From: the human T2T-CHM13v2.0 reference genome, Homo sapiens
Length of the DNA: 64,000 bases
Strand: one strand, 5' to 3'
Assembly (NCBI RefSeq): GCF_009914755.1
Contig: NC_060926.1
Shown: positions 56,131-64,000 of the stretch, piece by piece
Layout of the letters: every line of letters begins with the position of its first letter
How positions within the stretch are numbered: position 1 is the first letter of the stretch
The notes under the pieces: model-generated
The model's database searches: none
Seen by the model: only the letters and a program-made list of their open reading frames with translations
Told to the model about the DNA's origin: nothing
Made by a program: the position numbers and the translations under genes

Positions 56131-58069
56131 GTAAGAGGAGCAGGAGGAGGAGGCAGGAGCCAGAGAGAGCCGGGGGGACGGAGGGGGGACGGGGAGGCGC
56201 CGGACACCCGCGCTTGGGGCCTTCCCCTCGCAGGAGGGGCCGCGGTAAAGATGGAGCCTCCGCCCGAGCCCCACAACATCGCCGCCGCTCGCAGCGAACA
56301 AAGAATAATGGCGGCGGACTGGAGCCAGCGGCGGCCGGGGCGGCAGCGACTCTGCCTGCAGCCAGCGGCGGCGCTCATGGCGGGGGGCGGCGGGCGGCGG
56401 GCGGCGGGCGGGGTGGGAGCCGGCGGCCGGGGGTGTGTGCGGGCGGCCGGCCGCGGCGAGCTGGCGCCCGCGTTCCCGCCGCCGCCGCCGGGCCGGGCGC
56501 GGAGCCGGGAACCCGGAGCCGCCCCGGGGGAGGCCGCCCGCTCGGCCCGGCGCTGCCCCCCGCGCCGCTCGCTCGTCCGGCCCCCGCCGCCCGCCTCGCC
56601 CCCGGCCCGACCCGGCCGGGCCTCCGGGGCAGCCGCCGCCTAGGTGCCGGTGGGGGATGGAGGAGGAAGAAGGCGACAGTTGAGGGCAGAGGAGGTGAAG
56701 GTGCCTGCTGCCTTCCCGGTGGCTTCGGTGCCTGCCATGCCCGCTTCGCAAGGGGAAGAGCTGCAACGTCTGACCTACTCTTCTCTCCACTCTTTGTGCA
56801 ATAAAGTTCGAAACCCAAGGTTTCCTCTCGTGCTGTATTTTATTCGTGCCCTTTCCCCCCCGCTCCTACACCGTTGAGGAAATGCTGCTTTCTGCCCTGT
56901 GTTGCTTAGTTGAGAGATGAGAGCTTGTGCTTTTGGGGGGAATTTTTGACTCCCTCACCCCTTTGCTTTTTTTTTTTTTTTAAAGTCAGTCATGGAAATG
57001 CATGCTTTTTGGGAGAAAGGGTGCTAAGAAAAACATTTATAATAACTTTTTAAACTGTTGGGATCTTATAAAAGGGAAGCTGGTGTTTGAAAACAGTTTC
57101 GGTTTTAACCCTTTTTAATAAGGTAATCATCACTTGAGATCTATCATTCTGAAACACTTCGTTGGAACGAGTATCAGCCGATGTACTCTTGTTTTACATC
57201 ATTTCGCGGGGTGCAACCTTGCCAACCGCGTTTGGGTCATCTGGATCTCCCCTCACCCTCCGTCCCACTCCCCCTACCATATTTCCCACGAATTTCTGTG
57301 TGAACTTTAATGAGAGATTGATTTAATACTACTACTAAAAATAGACATTAAAGTATCCATTATTTGTCTCATGCAGTAGGTAACCCCCGTCTTGAGATTG
57401 ACAATTTAAGCCACAAGCTGTATTTTTTCTTCGCCTGTTGGGAAAAGAGGACAGCAGAGAAGTCATTGACACATTAAAAATTAAAAGACAGTTTTTGAAG
57501 GACGTGCGGTATGACCTATTTAAGTTTGTAATACCATCTCAAGTTATAATTCTAACCTCAGCTGGCGTCTAACTTCTGAAGGTTTAGTAGAAGATACTTT
57601 TGATTGCTGCCTATTGAAATCTTTTACATTTATGGCTCATTTCGTGATTTAAAAGTAAAGCCCCGAACAGTTATTTTAGGTGGTGCAAAAGACGAACAAG
57701 TTTGTTTTAAAAATACTTGTCTGTCACTGTATGATTGCATTGTGATTGATACGTACAAACCTTCTGGTTAAGAACAAATATTGATTGGCAGCAGAAGCAC
57801 TGTCTTATTTTTCTGTATTCTAGTCACTTTTCCAAAACGTGCTTTGCTGTATTGCTTCTCTTTAAAAGACCACATTGGCAATTTGTCATTTCCAAGAAAA
57901 TTAAGAAGAGGCAATAAAGGCAGGTTTTCTATAAAGATTGGGGAAATGATTTTATTTCCGAGCACTGAAAAAATTATAGTATTGATAATGGTAGCTTACC
58001 ATTTTTCCTTTATGTTGTTCCGCAAGCCACTATCAGTAGAGTAGAATTTTTTTTCTTGTTAAGAATATA

Positions 58070-58340
58070 AGTCGGGCGCGGTGGCTGAGGCCTGTAATCC
58101 CAGCACTTGGGGGGTCGAGGCGGGCGGATCACTTGAGGTCAGGAGTGCAAGACCAGCCTGGCCAACATGATGAAACCCCATCTCTACTAAAAATACAAAA
58201 ATTAGCCGGGTGTGGTGGCACGCGCCTGTAATCCCAGCTACTCGGGGGGCTGGGGTTGCAGTGAATTGAGATCGTGCCATGCACTTCAGCCTGGGCGACA
58301 CAGCAAGACTCCGTCTCAAAGAAAAAAAAAAAAAAGAAAG
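58070..58340 (+). mobile_element. AluS-like with right-arm deletion
   Basis: TSD AAGAATATA. Confidence 0.92.
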
Positions 58341-58388
58341 AATATATGACTCTTCATTTGTGAGATTTTTAAAAAATTGTTCACTGAT

Positions 58389-58679
<291 letters not shown>

Positions 58680-58729
58680 TTACTGATAAGTTCTTTCTTT
58701 AGTCTTGCCCGAGAGATATTTTAAATTGT

Positions 58730-58916
58730 ATTTTTTATTTTTATTTTTATTTATTTGTTTTTTTGAGACGGAGTTTGGCCCTTATTGCCCAGGCTGGAGT
58801 GCAGTGGGCTGGTCTCGGCTCACTCACTGCAAGCTCCGCCTCCCGGGTTCAAGCAATTCTCCTGCCCCAGCCCCCCGAGTAGCTGGGATTACAGGTGTGA
58901 GCCACCGCGCCCGGCC
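58730..58916 (-). mobile_element. Alu collapsed to a chimeric monomer
   Basis: Right arm joins the left-arm 5' end at GCTGGGATTACAGG. Confidence 0.88.
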
Positions 58917-60239
58917 TGTTTTATTATTTATACATTCATAATTTGTGATTCTTAGCAATTCCAGGTGAAACTTCAAACTTGTATTCATTAATACTTGAAC
59001 ATTCACCTGGAACATGTTACTAAATTGTACTTCTGCACTGTTCCAGCCATGGATAAAAATTACAGCTGGATCTGCTTGAATCTTTTTTTTTTTTTTCATG
59101 AACACCTACATTTAGAAAGCTAATAAATTACTTGACAGAGTTTGCTTGAAGAATGTTAAAAGAACACTTCTTTGGGAATTTAAAACTTAAGTGTTACCTG
59201 TTTTGAATGATTTTTTTTTTTGTTTACATAAAGAGCCTGAAGAAACTTAGACACCTGATCCATAAAAATGGCACCTTTTTCTACTTTCTGAAACTCATAT
59301 TCTTGATTAGGTCTCATTATTAGAAATTTTGGGTTCTTCATAGAGAAGTAGCTTTATTTCTCTCTCATTCTAAGACATTTGGTTTTGTTTGTTTGGATAC
59401 AGTATGGTTATGGGGTTATAGTAAAACCAAGTATGTCTTCCTCACGTGTTTTTAAATTCTACTTTTTATAACAGAAAATTATTTTTAACCTAATGCTTAC
59501 AATATATTACCGAAATTTATAATTTCATTTATTCCATAAATAGCTTATCAGATATGAGTTACATAAACTTGTTTACAGCCAGCTTGTGACATAGTTTTGC
59601 AAATATCTTGATATATGGTGTAACTTTGATGGCTTCTTTATTGAATAGAGCTCAAATCTAAATTTAAGAATGTAATGAGATGTCAAGATGGAAAAATGCA
59701 GGATTTTTTTTTTTCTTACCCATGTGTAAACTCATCTGTACTGCAGTATCACTTGAGACAGCAGTTTATGGTAATTCAAATATTTATTTGGCACTCACTG
59801 TGACAGAGAATGTAGTTGAAAGAGCATGAGGTTTGGAATCATAGGCCTAGGTCTGAATCCAAGCATTGCCACTGCTATCCTGTACCCACCCTAAAGGAAT
59901 TTTGTGTCCTGAAGGAAGTTTCTTAATCTTTCTCAGCCTCAGTTTCCTTATATGTAAAATTAGAATACTACTACTTATTTCATAAGATTGCGAGATAAAC
60001 ATAAAGTACCTTAGGGCTACAACTAATGATAGCTAGTCCCTTAAGCTTTATTTTAACTTCCTACCTGTGGGCCCTTAGGCAAGTTATCTTAACTTCTTAA
60101 TACCTCACTTTCCTTTCTGATCAGTGTAGAACAACTACCTCAGAATTGTGGGGGTTAACTATAAAGTAATACATACTAAGTCCCAGGCATTGTGCAAGTG
60201 TCGAGTGCTCAAGTGTTGACAAGGCTTTTTTCTTTTGTT

Positions 60240-60494
60240 TTAATTTTTTTTTGAGACGGAGTCTTGCTCTGTTGCCCAGGATGGTGTGCAGTGATGCAGT
60301 CTCAGCTCACGGCAACCTCTGCTTCCTGGATTCAAGTGATTCTCCTGCCTCAGCCTCCCTAGTAGCTGGAACTACAGGCATGCACCACCACGCCCGGCTA
60401 ATTTTTGTGTTTTTAGTAGAGACAGGGTTTCACCATGTTGGTCAGGCTGGTCTTGAATGCCTGGGATTATAGGCGTGAGCCACCACGCCCAGCT
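60240..60494 (-). mobile_element. AluS-like with left-arm deletion
   Basis: Reverse-complement Alu; junction GGTCTTGAATGCCTGGGATTA. Confidence 0.9.
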
Positions 60495-61790
60495 GGTCTG
60501 TTACTTTTTAAATTATTTATTATTACTATATGTAATACAGTGGGTCAGAAGCTACAACAAATCCAAAGATGAATTACGCTGTCTTATCTCTACCCTCAGG
60601 AACTGTTGGGGACACAGTGACTAAGGCAAAATATGTGTCAAAAGAAAGCAGTCAAAGGAAAAAGGGATCACCTTTGGTGAAGTGAGGAGTATATTTTTTA
60701 TATTTCTAATTTGGTTTTTTGAATAAGTAATTCATTCACATGATCTATAATTCAAAACATAATAACAGCAAAATGCCCTACATTCTCTTGCCCTATTACC
60801 TAAGTGTTAGCAATTTTTTATTTGTCCTTTAAGAGGTGTTTTATGCAAACACGAGCAAATATGTATGTACAGTCTCCCCCTTTTTGTACAAATGGTAGCA
60901 TACTAGGTATACGCTCTCCTATATCATGCTTTACCCCCACCACTTAATATGGCTTAGCAATTTTGTATCAGCACATAAAGAGCTTCTTCATTTTTTAACA
61001 TACAATTGGAAGCATTTTATTATGTAAGTAGACTGTATTAACCAGTTAGTGAGCTGCTTTTATTCTTAGGTCTTATATTACCTTTTAAACTAAGGGAAAC
61101 TGCCATCTTGCCTTTATTTCTTTAAATGAAAAACTTTCTATTTGAATGAAAAATAAATAGTTTGTGACAGGAAATTGTTATTTAAAGTCCCTCATTTCCT
61201 GTTTAACTCCAGTTTTTAAAAGTTTTAGTAAAATGATCAAAATGTACATGAGGAGGCAAGCAAGCCAGGTTAAGAGTTAACTCACAAGGTGAATTTAACT
61301 CTTTTGTTGAGGTTCTTACAGTTCTGAACAGACTACTTCTTTCAATTATTATTTTGGCCCAAAAGGTTTTTATAGCTTTCTTTCTTAATGAGAAAGAACA
61401 TTTCATATAGTCCGGTGTTTTTTTGGGTTTTTTTTAACAGACAGCTCATGGGATATTATTACCCAGTAAGGCTGATTACTATACTAGATTTCTCCCTGCA
61501 TTCATTTATTTTTTACATACTTGTTAACTTACCTTGACGATTTTCTAGTATTTCTTAATGTAATTATGTGAGTTTTATATTTTGTACCTAAATTTAAAAA
61601 TAGTGAGATTCACCTATATGATTGCTGAGATGATAAACTTTACTGCATAGATGATTTTTTTACCCCCGTGGGGAAACCTTTGGTCAACCAGTTGGACCAA
61701 GTAATACGTATTTCAGCCAAAGCACAAAATGCGTTTCACTACCTTTTTTTTTTCCTCTAGCTTTTCGAAACAGCATTGAGCTACAATACT

Positions 61791-62118
<328 letters not shown>

Positions 62119-62272
62119 TAGTACATTTTAAATATACATGCTGTTTGTATTTATCTTTAAAATGTACACACTATGACTTTTTTGAGTTGATTAAACTCAG
62201 AAAGTGATTAATAATATAGCAGCAAGGGCACAAATCTCTTTCCAGAAAACATCATTAAGTAAAGCTGTCATG

Positions 62273-62570
<298 letters not shown>

Positions 62571-62699
62571 AAGCTGTCATGGTATATTTCGTTTTTTGTA
62601 TTCCCAAGTTGGTGTTTATGCGTTGATCATATATACAAAGTTTTTAATGTAAGAATATTGTTTTGAGGTTTTACTAATATTTGATTTAAAATATTACTA

Positions 62700-63026
<327 letters not shown>

Positions 63027-63054
63027 CTAAATGATTAAAATGTTTACAAAGTGC

Positions 63055-63336
<282 letters not shown>

Positions 63337-63847
63337 TACAAAGTGCTTGTCTTTACATATTTGGGGATGGGGGTGGGGTAGATCATTGAAATCTGTAAAG
63401 GCAGAACGTTTTTTATCTGGAACATATCTGTAGACTAACAGAGTTAAATGATTTCCCACAGTGTCATGGAATCATCAGTGGATTGCCTCTTGGGGTGGAG
63501 GCAAAGATCATTAAAGCAGCAAACTGATAATGTGAACGTGGTTGTTTTTTCTCTGCCAATTAAATATATGCTAGTTTAGTCATTATAGAAGAGCCAGATG
63601 CTGGTCAGCTTGTTGAAGTTGTAAGTAGAAGGTGTGGTTTTATCACATCTGTAAATGTAGGTTTTTGAGACAAAACTTAAATAAGAATAGACGTTAGTTT
63701 TTATTCACATTCAGAATGTCTGACTCCCCTTAATATATACACACTCTTGTCTTATCTACTGGGTTTTTTTGTTGTTGTTTTTTGTTTTGCCTTTTCTCTC
63801 TCTCTTTTTAAGCTCTGCCAGACAAGGCCCTATGAAGATAGGTTTTA

Positions 63848-64000
63848 CAGGTTGAGAATCTTTTATCTGAAATTCTTGGGACCAGAAGTATTTCCAGTTT
63901 TGGGTTTTTTCAGATTTTAGAATATTTGCATATACATACATAATGAGCTATCTTGGGGATGGGACCCAAGTCTAAACATGAAATTTGTTTCATATACACA
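63848..64000 (+). mobile_element. MER46/Tigger4-like DNA transposon (runs off the window)
   Basis: TA|CAGGTTGAGAATC...TTGGGACCAGAAGT...GGGATGGGACCCAAGTCTAAAC. Confidence 0.8.

Larger units (their letters stand above)
55200..56790. promoter_or_regulatory. CREB1: CpG island / TATA-less CREB1 promoter
   Basis: Abrupt very high GC and CpG density versus CpG-depleted flanks; GC box GGGGCGGGG at 55849-55857; no TATA box. Confidence 0.95.

Overview
This is primate (human-like) genomic DNA. It is not prokaryotic, and no protein-coding exon is supported in the window. The one recognisable gene feature is a CpG-island promoter (~55.2-56.8 kb) containing a non-coding first exon. That exon (...GGAGGAGCTTGTACCACCG|GTAAGA) matches my recollection of the CREB1 5'UTR (chr2q33). 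It is followed by the first ~7.9 kb of intron 1; the CREB1 ATG lies in exon 2, outside the window. The upstream ~55 kb is rich in repeats: ~35 Alu/FAM/FRAM copies, MaLR/ERV solo LTRs, L1/L2/MIR fragments and MER20/MER5A/MER46 DNA transposons, plus a few repeat-free candidate enhancer blocks. Nearly all ORFs in the track are artefacts of Alu, microsatellite or GC-rich sequence. I found no convincing new biological system. The most unusual signal seen directly in the sequence is five local copy events within ~40 kb: three inverted templated insertions, one inverted-plus-direct rearrangement and one tandem duplication. Also notable is CREB1 exon 1/intron 1, where an AATAAA sits between two 5' splice sites and a Kozak-ATG ORF ends just before an intronic poly(A) signal. 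Repeat subfamily names come from recalled consensus sequences and need RepeatMasker/Dfam confirmation.
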